DNA from: a virus | Lineage: Duplodnaviria; Caudoviricetes | DNA: 64,000 bases | Strand: one strand, 5' to 3' | Virus record (IMG/VR): IMGVR_UViG_3300001598_000048 | Location: 1 to 64,000 of that record | In this document: piece by piece, positions 1 through 13,025 of the stretch | How the letters are laid out: every line of letters begins with the position of its first letter | Numbering within the stretch: position 1 is the stretch's first letter | Made by a program: the position numbers and the translations under genes | The notes under the pieces: generated by a model | The model's input: the letters and a program-made list of their open reading frames with translations, nothing else | Told to the model about the DNA's origin: nothing | Database searches by the model: none

Positions 1-1256
1 CATCCTGCTACGCTTGGATAAGCGTATATTGCAGATGTAGAAGGTGTCACTGTTACTAATGCAGTCTTACTTGTTGTTGTAGTTGCAAATGAAGTACAAG
101 TTTTAATATTATAATATTTATCTGTACCATATTGCATTGAATTAATATATCCTGCCGTATTAACTCTTGCTTGTGGAGAAAGCGTTAAATTAGCTGGCAT
201 AGCGGAAACTTCATCAAAATAAGTAGACAAACCTACATTATTAATAAAAGGTGTCATTGATCCTGTTGCAACTGCATTAATCTTTACATATTTAGTGTTC
301 TTTGTTCAACCAGCAGATGAACATTTTACATATTGAATTGCAGTTGAAGGAGTAATTGTTGTAATTAAATCAGTTCCAGCGCTTCCAGTTGCTCAAGATG
401 ATAATAATAAATTACCGCTATTATCTGTTAGTGTAGTATTAGTTCCATCATTATATGTCGCTACGGCATTACTAAATGATATATTTTGTCCACCTTGATC
501 TGAAATTTCTACATTTGTTCAACAACTATTTATTCCGCAATGACGATATACATAAAGATCATGATCGCTTGTATCGTGATATATATCTGTTGTTTCTCCA
601 TCGCAAGAATAAAGATATAGAGATAAACATCCATAATAATCATCAATACGCATTGAACCATTATTATGACGAACTTTTAGATAATTATTATTAATTAAAT
701 TAGAAATAATACCATTATTATTAATCGTTGATATTGTAGCATCATATTCTCCATCACCATAATTATTGATTGTTGTAATAGAACCTTGTTCAGTTGAATC
801 TGCATTATTATTTAGAAGACTTATTGAAGCAGAATTTCTTATAGAACCTATAAAACCAGAATTATCTATTGAATTTATACTCGCACTTGATTTAACAAAT
901 AAACTACTTAATGTTGTTAAACTTGGTATATCTAATCTATATATTTTTAATAAATCGCTATATCCAGCGGTTGAAACTATAGGTACGTTAGTAGATGCAG
1001 ATGAATAAAAAACATTTGAATATACTGCATCTGGCATAGTACCAGTTAATTTAGTATAATTATCTTTATAGAAAGTTTTATTTAATCTTACATCTGCTTC
1101 ACTTGCGTTTCCGTCTAAAACTGGCGCCGCAGGTCTAGTATAATTAACGTATATGTCGGCATCGCAATATTTTCCCGCAGTAGTGCATTTTAATGAACCT
1201 GTTGCACTTGTGGAACCTATTACTGTATTTTTATATTTAATTTCTACTTCTGCCAT
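1..1256 (-). CDS. Tail-fibre or tail-associated protein, runs off the window; needs TGA=Trp
   Basis: Track ORF 519-1256 stays open to position 1 across in-frame TGA at 519, 393 and 306; S/T/N/G-rich; last of a fibre gene array. Confidence 0.7.
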
Positions 1257-1257
1257 T

Positions 1258-2646
1258 TTATATTACCGTCCCATCCCAAATAGGTAGACTTACTTCTGAA
1301 ATAACAGTTGAGCCTACACATATTTGAATTTTTCCATTTGAAATATTTACTGTATCAACTATATTTGGTTTATTTAATAAATCATTATAACTACCAGTTT
1401 TACTTATTTTATGTAAATTGATTGTTCCTCCAAATGATTCATTAGTAGCAGTTGATTGTGTAGTTGTATTTGTTGTATTTAATACTCCAATAGTTGGTAT
1501 TGTAACTGCGCTTCCATATGCAGTTATATGACCTTGAGCATCAATTTTTATAGGATAAACTGCTTGTGCTGTTTGTGCTGTAATACTATTACTATGATTA
1601 AATTTAGTTCCAGATAATGATAAACCAGTTCCAGCAGAATAAGTTGTATCTGTAAATTTTGGAGATGAACCAACACTAACGCCATTAATAACCTTTACGT
1701 CATTACAAGTAAAACCATCGACTGGAACCGCAATGTAATTATATCCACTTACTGTTGCATATTCAGTATGATTTTTACCAATGAACTCTAATCCATAGTT
1801 AGAGTCAGCATTAAAATTTGTCATAACTTTAACATCTATAGAGTAATCGTTTTTTGCACCATAAGTACTTGTATATCTTTTAAGTTTTAAATAATAAACA
1901 TCTGTATTTGCAGTTGGTTGATAAATACCTAGTATATTGCTTCCATTGTAATTACAAGAATTAATCATAAATTTATTTTGTTGTCTACAATATCCAGTAA
2001 TTGTTGTTGAACCACTTGTATTATCGTAAACTGCTTGAACAAAGAATTTAGGTAATCTACTATAATATGTATAACCCGTTTTTACTTTTATATAAATATA
2101 AGTTTCATCTTGTAATTGATTTGTCAATGATAATGAAGCATTATATTGAGTTGTATCGTTTCTCCAATTACTTGAACTTGCTGTAGTTACTACAACGTGT
2201 CTTCTATATACTTTATTTGTATCTGATGCTAAATAATATTGACCATATCTATTACCAGTTAAAGCAAATATTTCTGCTTCAGTCATTGTTCCAGCTAAAC
2301 AACCTGGACCAATACCTATTTCACAAGTTAATTCTTGTGTAAATGCCATTGCTTGATCGTTTAAATGCAATAAGTCTACAGTATCTGCATTACCACCATT
2401 TGCAGGTAAAGATGTAACTGCACTACCATATCCTGTGATATGACCATAAGTATCTATTTTTATTGGATATAATGCTTGAGTTCCTTGAGCAGTAATTGCT
2501 GTATTTGAATGTCCTACTTTTTTAGATGTAATTGAAAGTCCTTTTTCTGCTTGTGATATAAAATTTTGATTAGTTATATATGTCTTAATAGATGACGCGA
2601 GCGTACTTAAGCCCGCGTAATCTAAATATTTATTAGCATTTGCCAT
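1258..2646 (-). CDS. Tail-fibre-like protein (462 aa)
   Basis: N-terminal YLDYxGL motif shared with the gene at 2659-5532; internal duplicated HSN..ITAQ..Q A.YPIKID..GHIT.YGSAVT module; KISKTGSYNDL module; both Trp codons are TGG. Confidence 0.75.
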   Translation of the reverse strand: MANANKYLDYAGLSTLASSIKTYITNQNFISQAEKGLSITSKKVGHSNTAITAQGTQALYPIKIDTYGHITGYGSAVTSLPANGGNADTVDLLHLNDQAMAFTQELTCEIGIGPGCLAGTMTEAEIFALTGNRYGQYYLASDTNKVYRRHVVVTTASSSNWRNDTTQYNASLSLTNQLQDETYIYIKVKTGYTYYSRLPKFFVQAVYDNTSGSTTITGYCRQQNKFMINSCNYNGSNILGIYQPTANTDVYYLKLKRYTSTYGAKNDYSIDVKVMTNFNADSNYGLEFIGKNHTEYATVSGYNYIAVPVDGFTCNDVKVINGVSVGSSPKFTDTTYSAGTGLSLSGTKFNHSNSITAQTAQAVYPIKIDAQGHITAYGSAVTIPTIGVLNTTNTTTQSTATNESFGGTINLHKISKTGSYNDLLNKPNIVDTVNISNGKIQICVGSTVISEVSLPIWDGTVI

Positions 2647-4085
2647 AAAAACTCCTTTCTATGCAAATAATGCTTGAATAGATGCATCTGTAATTGGAGA
2701 TAATGTATCACCATCAGGTGTAGTAAGTACTCCACTTGAATTTAAAGTAGAATATGTATTAGTTGCACTAAAATTTAATTTATTTGAACTTCAAGAAATA
2801 GTTACATTTGCACCAGCTTTAAAATCTAATGCACCAGTGTTAATAGCACTTCCTAAGATTTGAGTTCCATCTAATTTGATATTTCTTCAAGTATTTGTAT
2901 CAACTGGAATTTGAGAAGTTAATGCTAAAGTACCAGATGCAGATGGTCAATTAATATCATATGTATTGTTACCTACAGTTTTTTCAATCATTGAAGAATT
3001 TATTTCCAATCTTTTTGTAGGTAAATCAGGATCTGCAAATTCTATACTTGAACTACTTAAATGACTATAAGTATTTGCATTACCACCGTATACAAAAATT
3101 CCGTCAAATAATACTTTTGTATAAACATCAGTATTAAAAGAACTTGTAACATATAATTGATTTCCATTAATATATATGTTTTTATTTGCATAAGATTGTA
3201 TATATGAATTCGTATTATTTGTTGAATAAGATTGAACACCTGTTAAATAGTGTTTATTCTCATTCATTTGGTAATTACCAACATTAACTAAATCTTCTGT
3301 TACTGCTAAAGTTACTTCTTTTTCATCAGAATATAATGGTAAATAATATATATTATTTTTTGCAAAAAATGCCGCAAATTCTTCAGATGGATCACTAAAA
3401 TCTGCAGCGAATCCAAACGAACCATTAGTAGTATTAAACAACAAACAATTAATATCTAAGTTAATAAAATTGATACCATTAGTAGTTGTTTGTGTAATAC
3501 TAAGACCACCGTTATTTAGTAAAACTCCTCCTTTACTTCCAGCTAAAGTAAGATTTCCTGGAATAATTGATGCATAATCATTATCAGTACCATTATCAGT
3601 AATAAATAACTGACTGTGATTTAATTCAGCATATTTACTAGCTGTTTCTGTAATATGTAAAGTAGAACCGCTTGCATAGATATATTTATTGGAATAGGTT
3701 TGAGGATTAGTTCCACTACCTAAAGCACCAATTAAATACAATGCACTAGCACTTCAAGTTGCACCTGCGGTATTTTTTGTATCATTATCAGTAGAAGTGA
3801 TTGTTATCTCATTATTTGCAGTTTTAGATACGGTTGTAGCGCCAGATCCTTTAATATTTAAAGTAACATCTGTACTTTGATTTGCAGTAAATTCAGTTGC
3901 AGTAGTTCCACTACCTTGAATAGATAATTTACCGTTATTTACAGTTGGAATACTAGGTTTATCTAATAAGTCGTTATATGAACCAGTCTTACTTATTTTA
4001 TGTAAATTAATTGTTCCAGAAAATGATTCATTTGTAGCAGTTGATTGTGTTGCGGTATTATTAGTATTTAAAATACCCAATGTCG
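1371..4085. repeat. Diverged direct repeat shared by two fibre genes (about 1371-1495 and 3961-4085)
   Basis: Both encode LNT.NT.TQSTATNESF.GTINLHKISKTGSYNDLL.KP; DNA roughly 80% identical by eye. Confidence 0.8.
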
Positions 4086-5532
4086 GAATTTGATCAACCA
4101 ATGCTAATCTGCCACTTGCAGAAGGCCATGACATTATTATATCTGACGTTGTTTCGCCTTTTCTTCTTGTTATAAAATTTTCATCAATTCAAATTTGATT
4201 TGAACCAGATATATGTATATTATTTATGCCATAATTAGCACTTCTATCATTAGTTATTACTTGGAATGAATATTTATTCATTATCGAACGATCTGAACTA
4301 ATGTCTCCAATACATATTCCATTTTGATATAAACATATATTTGAAGCAGCATAAGATTGGATATAAGAAGTACTACTAGTAGTAGATACAGACGTAACTC
4401 CAGTTAAATAATATTGTGTATTAATATTAGAAGCATAATAATTTCCTACTGTATTCTTTGTATCTATATAAGAACTATTAATAGTAATTGTTTTTTGACT
4501 ACTATTTCCTACAATTGAGACATTATTTCCTGCTAAAAATTGAACCGCAGCACTTGCATCAAAAGTAACGTTACTAGTAGTTACAGTTTGATTTGCTAAT
4601 GTTGGTTTTTCTGTTTCTAATTTATAAACTGTAATATTTGAAGCAGTAGTTGATTGTACTCATCTATCAGGATAATTTTCATCTTCAAGATAAATATTAT
4701 CTCCAATTTTAAAATTAGCAATTGGAATAGTAGCACCACTTTTATCTATAAAAGACGAAAGCGTAACACTTGCGGCTGAAGTAGCTAAAGATGACATTTT
4801 TGTCGTATTAGTTACATAAGCTTTTACTTTACCTTGAGCAATAGCTCTAACTTCTTCTATTTTATTATAAACTGTAAGAGCACCAAAATAATTTGTATCT
4901 GTTACAGTTGAAGCATAGTTATTTGTTTTATTACTCGATGCTTCTGCACCAAGACCTGTTAAATCTGATAAAGCAACTGCAGTAGAACTAGTAATATGTC
5001 CATATGCATCATAAGCGAATTTTAAGAAACTATTTGAAGTAACAGAAGCAATACTACTATTACTATGACTAAAAGTTGCTTTTCCAGTAGTTCCGTCAGA
5101 AGAAATTGAAATTCCTCCGCCAGCAATTAAATCTAATGCGGTAAAATTATTACTTGCTAAGATACTATTTCCATTTACTTTAATTGTTCTTCAAGTTGTC
5201 GATTCATGAGTATCTGTCCAAGGAACAGTTACATATGCGTCATGATTATCAGTCAATTGAACTTTATAATTTCTATTTTCTGCACTTGAAGGTTCATTAA
5301 AATTAAAACCTAAATTAATTAAATTGGTAGAACCATCTGCTTCAATTTTACCGTTTGCTTCTTTCATTCCTGGTAAGAATGAAAAAGTACTATTTGCATA
5401 TGATGCAAGTGCGATTGTACTTACATCTAAATTATCAATCGCACTTGCTATTGCAGTACTTATATAAGTTTTAATATTACTGGTATATACAGATAGACCA
5501 GTATAATCTAAATATTGTTTTTGTATTGCCAT
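2659..5532 (-). CDS. Long tail-fibre protein (957 aa with TGA=Trp)
   Basis: Track ORFs 5191-5532, 3754-4134 and 2947-3741 share one frame; no TAA/TAG until TAG at 2659; 7 TGA (5191, 4660, 4189, 3754, 2947, 2887, 2791) vs 2 TGG; fibre motifs RAIAQGKVKAYV, WPSASG.LAL, DTKNTAG. Confidence 0.8.
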
Positions 5533-5541
5533 ATTGCGCCT

Positions 5542-8500
5542 CTATTGAAATAAATCTCCAATTTTTTCATTACTAATTGAAAGAGTTGGATAAATATAAT
5601 GTTGCTGTAAAATTAAACCGCTTCCTTCTGAATTGAAAACTGGTCTATATATTGTACCGTTTAAATCTGTCATACAACAATAGCGAGGTAAATCTTCATC
5701 ATAAATAGGAATATTATCTCCACCTGTCATATGTAATAAATAAAATTTTGCTCTAGAAGCATCACAATTTGTATTTTGATATTGAACTATAAGTGAATCA
5801 CTAGAAGTATCACCAATTATATTATAATCATTTAATCTATAACCATTAATATTAGTTAAAGTATTCGTTATTAATGCAAATTGCGAATCACCTGAAATTT
5901 CTACAGATGAAGATAATGTAGTTAAACTGATATGCGGTCCTTCACTAAATATAGTTGGTTCTGGACCACTATAAGATATCTTTGTAGGTCTTTCTACGAT
6001 TGGACCCGCAATTAATTCATTATGAAGATGTTCAGATTGATTTATTTTATCATATAAAGATACATCTTGAATATTATCTAAAACTGGAACCAGATCAAAG
6101 ATTAAATTATTATTTTCATCATATATCTTAAAATATTTTATAAAATATTTATTACTGCTTGTATATAAGAAAGTTCAGTTATTAGTTCGTTCTCTTCATG
6201 TGCAATTATTGAAAATAGGAAAATACATATTCTCATATTTTGTTTCTGTTGAAGTAGCAGAAGGAATTATTTCTATATTATCAATTTGAAGTCTATTTTT
6301 TTCTATAATAATAGTATGAAAACTCGATGTAATTAAAGGATAATTAATATCAGATGTTCATCCATGTTCTATTGTAACAAAATTTGAATTAGTTTGTATA
6401 GAACATAAACTTCCATTTGTTTTTTGTAATCCGCATAAACGTTGTGTTTCAGTACTAAAAACTTTAAAACAAATTTCATATTTAAATTTATCTGATAAAC
6501 AATTAAAATCAAAAGTTATATTATTATTAGATTTTGTTTTAGAGACATAATCTAATAGTTCATAATTATCAGGAATTCCACCTTCTCTACCGATATTAAT
6601 ATATCTACCAGCATTTTCATTTGTAAGTTTAATATCACTTAATAGCGCTAACGTACCACTTGAAGATGGTAAATTATATGTTTTTGAAGCTAAAGATTTA
6701 AATTGAGCATATAATCTTGGAGTTCCATTTAATACAGATAAACCAACTTTTCCATACATAAATCCTATTGCACCTGTAGTGCAACTAGTTTCAATACCAT
6801 AAGAATTAATAGATGTAGTATAATCATAATCTTCTGTACTTGTTTGAATTTGCAATAAAGAACCAGTAGCTTTTATATAATTATTTAAATAACTTTGAAT
6901 ATTTGCTGCGGATGAAGTTGCTCCTGCAAAGTATAAAGTTGCTGAAGCATCTGCAAAAGTCGCACCTATTGTATTTTTAGTATCAGTTGCATTAAAAGTA
7001 ATAGACGAACTGCCTGCTGAAGCCGCAATTGTAATATTATCACCTTGTATAAAATCAATACAAGAAGAGGCGCTAAATGTTATATTGTTTGCTTTAATTG
7101 TTTGATTTGAAATATTTATAGTTTGATCAGAACTTTGATTTAATGTAAATGAATCTAATAAAGAACCATTACTATTCAAAGTTATTCTTGCATCATTTGG
7201 CGCCGCAGCACTAATTGATAGTAAAGCAAATTTAATATAAATTTGATGTGGATAAGCGGTTCCTGAAATATTATTTACTTCGTAAATATATCTAGAATTG
7301 TATATTGTATTTACTTCTTGACCTTCAGCTGCATATTGACTATAAATATTAATTATATCTCCTTTAGATATAAAATCTCTTAAATCAAAATAATCGTCTC
7401 TGCCATCATCTTTACTTCTAAATATAATATATTTACTATTATTATTATCACTATGTGTTTCTAATGTTAAATATCAATGATTTGTTGATTCTTCAAAAAA
7501 TGTATTATAAATATCTTCTGTTAGATGTTCAAATTCTAAATTTAAATTATTTCCTTCACAGTAATTTAATACATCAGGACTTCCACCACGACCTATATAA
7601 GTTAAATCTGGCGTATAAAAAGATTTTGATGAATTAGAATGTCTAGGATTTATTTTAGTATTAATAGCAAATTCTCTAGTTTTTTGTTCTATGTTTTTTG
7701 TTAATGCTATTTCTCCAGATGTATTTGAAGGAAAACTAAAGAAATAATTTCCACTTTTTATTCGTGGTTGATAAATATGATATTCAGTACTTGGTGATGT
7801 GTCTTCTCAAATAAAACCTAAATTTTTTGTTGATACTGGATTTGTATCTTTAATACCTATAAAATTACTACTAATTTCTGAATAATATTGATTACCTTGT
7901 TGATAATTAAAACCTACCGTTAAAGAATCTTTTTTTAATTTAAAATATTTATTTGCATAAGTTTGTGGATTTGTTCCGCTAGCAGTAACACCAATTAAAT
8001 ATAAAGTACTGCTATCACTACTTCATGTCGCACCAGCGGTATTTTTTGTATCGTGTGTTTCAATTGTTAGTGTACCAGAGCTACCATCTACACTTGTATT
8101 TAAAGTAGTATCTCCACTTGCAGCAAACTTAATCGTTTTTGCTGATTCTTGATTAAAGGAAATAAAATCATCATTTCCTTTTTTAAAATTTAATGCATGT
8201 GTGTAATGCGTATCTGAAGCATTTATATATACCGTCTTATCTGAAACCGTTAAACTTGCTGCACCAGATGCATCAAAAGTTATTACATCATCAGAACCAA
8301 AAGAAGTGTTTCGTATTTGTATTGTTTGATTAGCTATATCGCTTACTAATGCGAAATTAACTGCTGTTGCTTCTACATTTTCTTTATATTGTGGTCTATT
8401 TGAATACGTTTGTAGTTCTGTTCAATAATTAGCTACATTTCTTTTTGCGAAATCACTACCAAAACTTAAATTACTTTCTGTTCCGGAATCAACTTTAGTT

Positions 8501-8988
8501 AAAACTAATTCATTATTTGATATATTTGCATCTTTAATATATTTGGTAATAGTAGTTCCACCGCCACCACCACCACTTAATTCATTAAATCTAATTCCAC
8601 TTGTTGCAATTTTTCCATCTCCGGAAATAATTGGTATTTCGCCTCTATGTTCTATTGAAATTGTTTTTTCTTCATCTCTATTTTCTAAAACTGTTAAATT
8701 AAAGTTGCAAGTTCTAGTAGAAGAATGTGCTGGAGCAGTGGCCATAACAGTAATTGAACTACTATTATTTATAGTATAGCTATATGTAGGTTGCATTGTT
8801 CCAGTATTAGTAACTCAAATAGAACAATTATTTAAATCTCTTACTCCTGGATAAGAATAAGTTGAACTTGTTGAAGTAGCACTTGGATTAAAAGTAAGAA
8901 CTTTTGAAGAAGTATCTTTATAAATACCGCCATTTCCTACAGCATATTCTTTAACAGCCTGTATTTTTTGTATTAAGTTATTATCCAT
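5542..8988 (-). CDS. Long tail-fibre or receptor-binding protein (1148 aa with TGA=Trp)
   Basis: RBS AGGAGG then ATG at 8988; track ORFs 8422-8796, 6358-7179 and 5542-5730 share one frame; 8 TGA; DTKNTAG/DTKNTIG modules; C-terminal region resembles phage fibre beta-sandwich domains (recalled). Confidence 0.75.
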
Positions 8989-9070
8989 AGGCACCTCCTA
9001 TCCAAAATTGTTGTCATAATATAAAGTTATTTTAACCTTACAAAAAAATTATACGACATAATAAGAAAAA

Positions 9071-9089
9071 ACGCAATTTTAGATTGCGT
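9071..9089. terminator. Intrinsic terminator-like hairpin
   Basis: ACGCAAT/ATTGCGT stem with A-run before and T-run after, next to the stop of the gene at 9093-9524. Confidence 0.6.
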
Positions 9090-9092
9090 CTT

Positions 9093-9524
9093 TTATAGTT
9101 TATCAGTTTCTATGTACTTCTCTCCTCACATTGTGGCTTGTGCTTCAAATCAAACCGCATCATATTCAGGAAGAGTAAAATATTTTTCTCTATTGTGTTT
9201 TAAAAGATATTCTCTATACCAATATCTTGTTGCAGATGGAATTTCAATTACAAAAAGATAAAGCGGTCCTCAGATGATATTTTGAAGTCCATGACCGCAT
9301 TCGTGTGATTGGATATAATCTTCTTGACAATCTTCTCCACATAAGAAGAAACAGCCGAAACTTACACCACCCCATCCTTTGGAAATAGTCTTATATATAC
9401 GTTCGTGATATTTATGCATTTTACCAAATGGTAAAATCATAAGAATTAAGCCGATTAAAGTTGCAGGTAAACCCCAAGTAAATGATAGAATGTAAAATAA
9501 AATTAATCAAAGTTTTCTTTTCAT
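9093..9524 (-). CDS. Small membrane protein with HExxH motif (143 aa, TGA=Trp), absent from the ORF track
   Basis: RBS GAGGTG, ATG at 9524; hydrophobic N-terminus MKRKLWLILFYILSFTWGLP; SHECGHGLQ; 4 TGA and 3 TGG; TAA at 9093. Confidence 0.75.
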
Positions 9525-9599
9525 AATACACCTCATATTTGATTTTATATAATTTATTATAGTAAATTCAATTTACAAAAAACAAATTTGAAATTAATC

Positions 9600-9628
9600 T
9601 TGACAAAATGAAAAATTAGTATTATACT
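9600..9628 (+). promoter_or_regulatory. sigma70/sigmaA-type promoter
   Basis: TTGACA-N17-TATACT. Confidence 0.8.
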
Positions 9629-9661
9629 ATGATGTGCAACAAAAAGTAAGGAGTAAATTAA

Positions 9662-10231
9662 ATGATAATAAAATGTTACAACGAAAGTCATAAAAATTTA
9701 ATTTTTCTTGATTTGGAATTTGAAAATAGAACACTTATACAATTTGCGGGATTATTATTCACTTGAATAGATGACGAAACATATCAATTGACAAGAAGTT
9801 GTAATCAATATGTAACCGCAAAAGTTTGTTATCCTTTTATGGAGTATACAAGTATTACTACGAATTTTCTAGAAGAAAACGGCATTACACTTAGAGATTT
9901 ACAAATTATCGTTAGAGATGATTTTTTAGCAGATGTAGATTTAGATGATACATTAGTTATTAGCCACGGTTTGCGCAATGATAGATTGATACTTGAAGAA
10001 AACGGCATTAATCTAATTTCGAAAAATGACAAACCCATCGATGGATATTGCACTTTTAATAATGCTCGTCGTATTTTAGAGCGCGAAAATCATGTCTCGG
10101 CTGCAGAACTTGCAGAGGAGGCGGGATATTATCTACATCACGCGCATAACGCATTTAACGATGTTTGGAGTGAAGTATCAATCTATACATTCTTAAAAAA
10201 GATAGAAAAACAAAAATTAGGAGATAAATAA
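9662..10231 (+). CDS. DEDDh (DnaQ-like) 3'-5' exonuclease (189 aa, one TGA)
   Basis: RBS AAGGAG; FLDLEFE (ExoI-like) lies upstream of the in-frame TGA at 9764; HHAHNAFND (ExoIII-like) downstream. Confidence 0.7.
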
Positions 10232-10710
10232 TGGAATTTTTATTATTAGACAAATTAAAAACCAATCAGGAATTTAATTATACTATGGTTGAATTTAATT
10301 TAGATTTGAATCAACATATGTTAAGTAATATCGCATATATAAATCAAGTTTTTAAAGATTATTTTTCATCTGTTAGTTATACAGCAATTGAAACTGAATA
10401 TTTAATAAGAATAAATATTGCGGATCAAATTGATGATGAGGAGGCATTTTTCAGCAATGCGGTTAAAACGATATTAGCAAAATTCGTTGATAATTTCTGC
10501 ATTTATGAAGGTCGTCCAAGAGAACATAGATTTGACATTCCTGAAAAATTATTAGATAAGATTATGATTAGTCGTTCACTTTTAAAGAAAATGATAAATC
10601 AAAAAACAAAAGCGGATCGAATTAATATTACTATTGTATGGAAAACCGCAAATGAGAATTTTATTTATGAATTATTAAATACTAAACATCCAGGTGAAGC
10701 GCATGAATAG
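10231..10710 (+). CDS. Hypothetical protein (159 aa)
   Basis: Translationally coupled ORF with RBS AGGAG. Confidence 0.7.
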   Translation: MEFLLLDKLKTNQEFNYTMVEFNLDLNQHMLSNIAYINQVFKDYFSSVSYTAIETEYLIRINIADQIDDEEAFFSNAVKTILAKFVDNFCIYEGRPREHRFDIPEKLLDKIMISRSLLKKMINQKTKADRINITIVWKTANENFIYELLNTKHPGEAHE

Positions 10711-11197
10711 AAAATTAGATTTTTATACAGATGGAGCTTATTCTTCTAAAAGTGAAATGGGCGGTTGAGCCGCGCTTTGTATTGAAGAAGATGAAGTAAT
10801 TAATACAAGAACTGGTTATGAACCATATTCAACAGGAAATAGATGCGAACTTTTGGCGCTCTTAAGTGCTTTAGAAGATGCAAACACTGTGGAAACAAGT
10901 AGAACAAAGATAACTATTTATACTGATAGTGCATATGTTGCGAATTGTTTTGCAGATGGTTGGTATAGAAATTGGTTATCAAATGGTTGGAAAACTGCGG
11001 ATAAACAACCAGTTAAGAATCAAGATTTATGGGTAAGAATAATTGCATTATATATTAAAATGAAAGAAAAACGTGATCTTGAAATTGTATGGATTAAAGG
11101 ACACGCTAAAAATAAATGGAATGAATATGCGGATTTACTTGCCAAGAAACAGAGAATTTTATTAGAACAAAAGATGAAGGAGGCAGATGAAAAATAA
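10703..11197 (+). CDS. rnhA: Ribonuclease HI (164 aa, one TGA)
   Basis: YTDGA...GG[TGA]AA, NRCEL, IYTDSAYV, VKNQDLW, WIKGHA, NEYADLLA; TGA at 10766 falls on the conserved GGW position. Confidence 0.92.
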
Positions 11198-11736
11198 TGA
11201 AAATATTAATTTTAATGCCTTGCGATGAACAGCACGTTTATGCCGCAAGTGGTATATATAAAGCGCTTTCAGATGAAGTAAAAGATAAATGCTTTGTTAT
11301 GCCAATGTTTATGGATTATTTAATTAATACGAAAATAGTTGGAAATTGGATAATGGCTTTCTATGATGCTTTAATTAGTGCTAAGAATCTATGTAAAGCC
11401 GCAGATGAAAAAAATGATGATGTTATTATTATTGGAAATGCTCCATCTGCCGTTAAATTTGATGCTGTTTTCAATTTTCAAGATATAGAAGAAGATATGG
11501 CTTATGAAGATAAGTTTATTGAAAAGATAAAAGAAATAGTTGCTGAAAATGAAAAATTAATCGGCTATGTTAATGATTTACATAAAGCCGAAGAAAGTAA
11601 AATGCCTTTGCATAATTGTAAGGCTACAGGCGAATTTTTATCTGCTTATATTAAAACAGATGCAAAGTTAAATTTATTAAAAGAAGAATACGAACAACGT
11701 CTTAATAGGAAAATTCCAGATGTTCTCGAAAGCTAA
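11197..11736 (+). CDS. Hypothetical protein (179 aa)
   Basis: Coupled ORF with RBS AGGAGG. Confidence 0.7.
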   Translation: MKILILMPCDEQHVYAASGIYKALSDEVKDKCFVMPMFMDYLINTKIVGNWIMAFYDALISAKNLCKAADEKNDDVIIIGNAPSAVKFDAVFNFQDIEEDMAYEDKFIEKIKEIVAENEKLIGYVNDLHKAEESKMPLHNCKATGEFLSAYIKTDAKLNLLKEEYEQRLNRKIPDVLES

Positions 11737-13024
11737 TAATTTTGAATTAGACCTTAAAGATTTGGATGAGTCTCAGCTCGCAGCCGTGACAAGTGCGGAA
11801 GAAAATGTCGTTATAAGGGCTTCGGCAGGTAGCGGCAAAACTAAATCTTTAATAAGTGCGATTGCAAATTACAGATATGAACATATTAACGATAGGATTT
11901 GCGCAATTACGTATACTCGTGCCGCACGTTCTGAAATGGAAGAACGTTTAAAAAATATGGGTATATTTGATGTAGAAGTTACTACAATCCACGTATGAGC
12001 CCGCAATCAATTAGAATTCTTTGCGGATCATTATGACTTCTTAATCAATATTTTACAAGAATCGCAAATTAAAAAGATATTAAAGAATGAAATTGTGCCG
12101 CAATATCTTCTAAAATCTAAGGTTAAATCTGTTAATATTGATATTTTATATACTTATATCACTGGTAGTAAAAATATGGATATAAGTGATAATTATCGCC
12201 GCACACTAAATGCAATTGAAACAAGATATATAGATTATAAACGAAATCAACATCTGTATGATTTTACAGATTATCCTTTATATCTATATGATGTATTAAC
12301 TATTTATAATGAAAATATAAATACTATTGATGCTTTATTTGTGGATGAGTTTCAAGACGTTGATGAAACACAATTTAAGATATTTGAAAAAGTTAATACA
12401 AATAAGAAATTCTTTATTGGCGATCCTTGGCAAAGTATATTTGTTTTTAGAGGAGCCGATGGAGAAGTTTTCAGCAAACTTGACAAATTTAAACAATATA
12501 AATTAAAATATAATTATCGTAGTTATCAAGAGATTATTGATTACGCAACTACTGTATATGATACACTAAAAAAAGATGTAGAAATTGAAGAAGAAAATCC
12601 AAATGGATTTTATATTTCAGAGATTAATTGAAGCGATCCGAGTTCTGTTATTTGTGATAGAAAATATGGTGGTTCAGTTACTGTTGTTAATCCTTATAGT
12701 GTAAGTTGAATTTTTACTGATACTAATAAAACTTATGTTGCATCTACTCTTGAATTTAATAATATTATGACTTCTAATCCGATGATACTTTGCAGAACGA
12801 ATAAACAAGTAAGAGAAATTCAGTCTTGTGGTTATATTAATGCAAGTACGGTTCATCAAGCAAAAGGATTGGAATATGATAATGTTATTGTTATTGATTG
12901 CGATATAAAATCAATGGAAGATTTGAATATTGCTTATGTTGCAATGACACGAGCAAAAAACAATCTTTTTGTTATTAATTGAAGTCAATTTGAATTATTA
13001 TTTAAAAATTGACTGGAGGGATAG
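11720..13024 (+). CDS. UvrD/Rep-like SF1 helicase (434 aa, 5 TGA)
   Basis: ASAGSGKT, ITYTRAA, VDEFQD, IGDPWQSI, NYRS, TVHQAKGLEYD, YVAMTRAK in one frame across TGA at 11996, 12629, 12707, 12980 and 13010; TAG at 13022. Confidence 0.9.
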
Positions 13025-13025
13025 T

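Noticed and set aside
1-8988. Diversity-generating retroelement or invertible fibre cassette
   Set aside because: Repeats are direct and diverged at mixed bases rather than adenine-specific; no reverse transcriptase or recombinase seen
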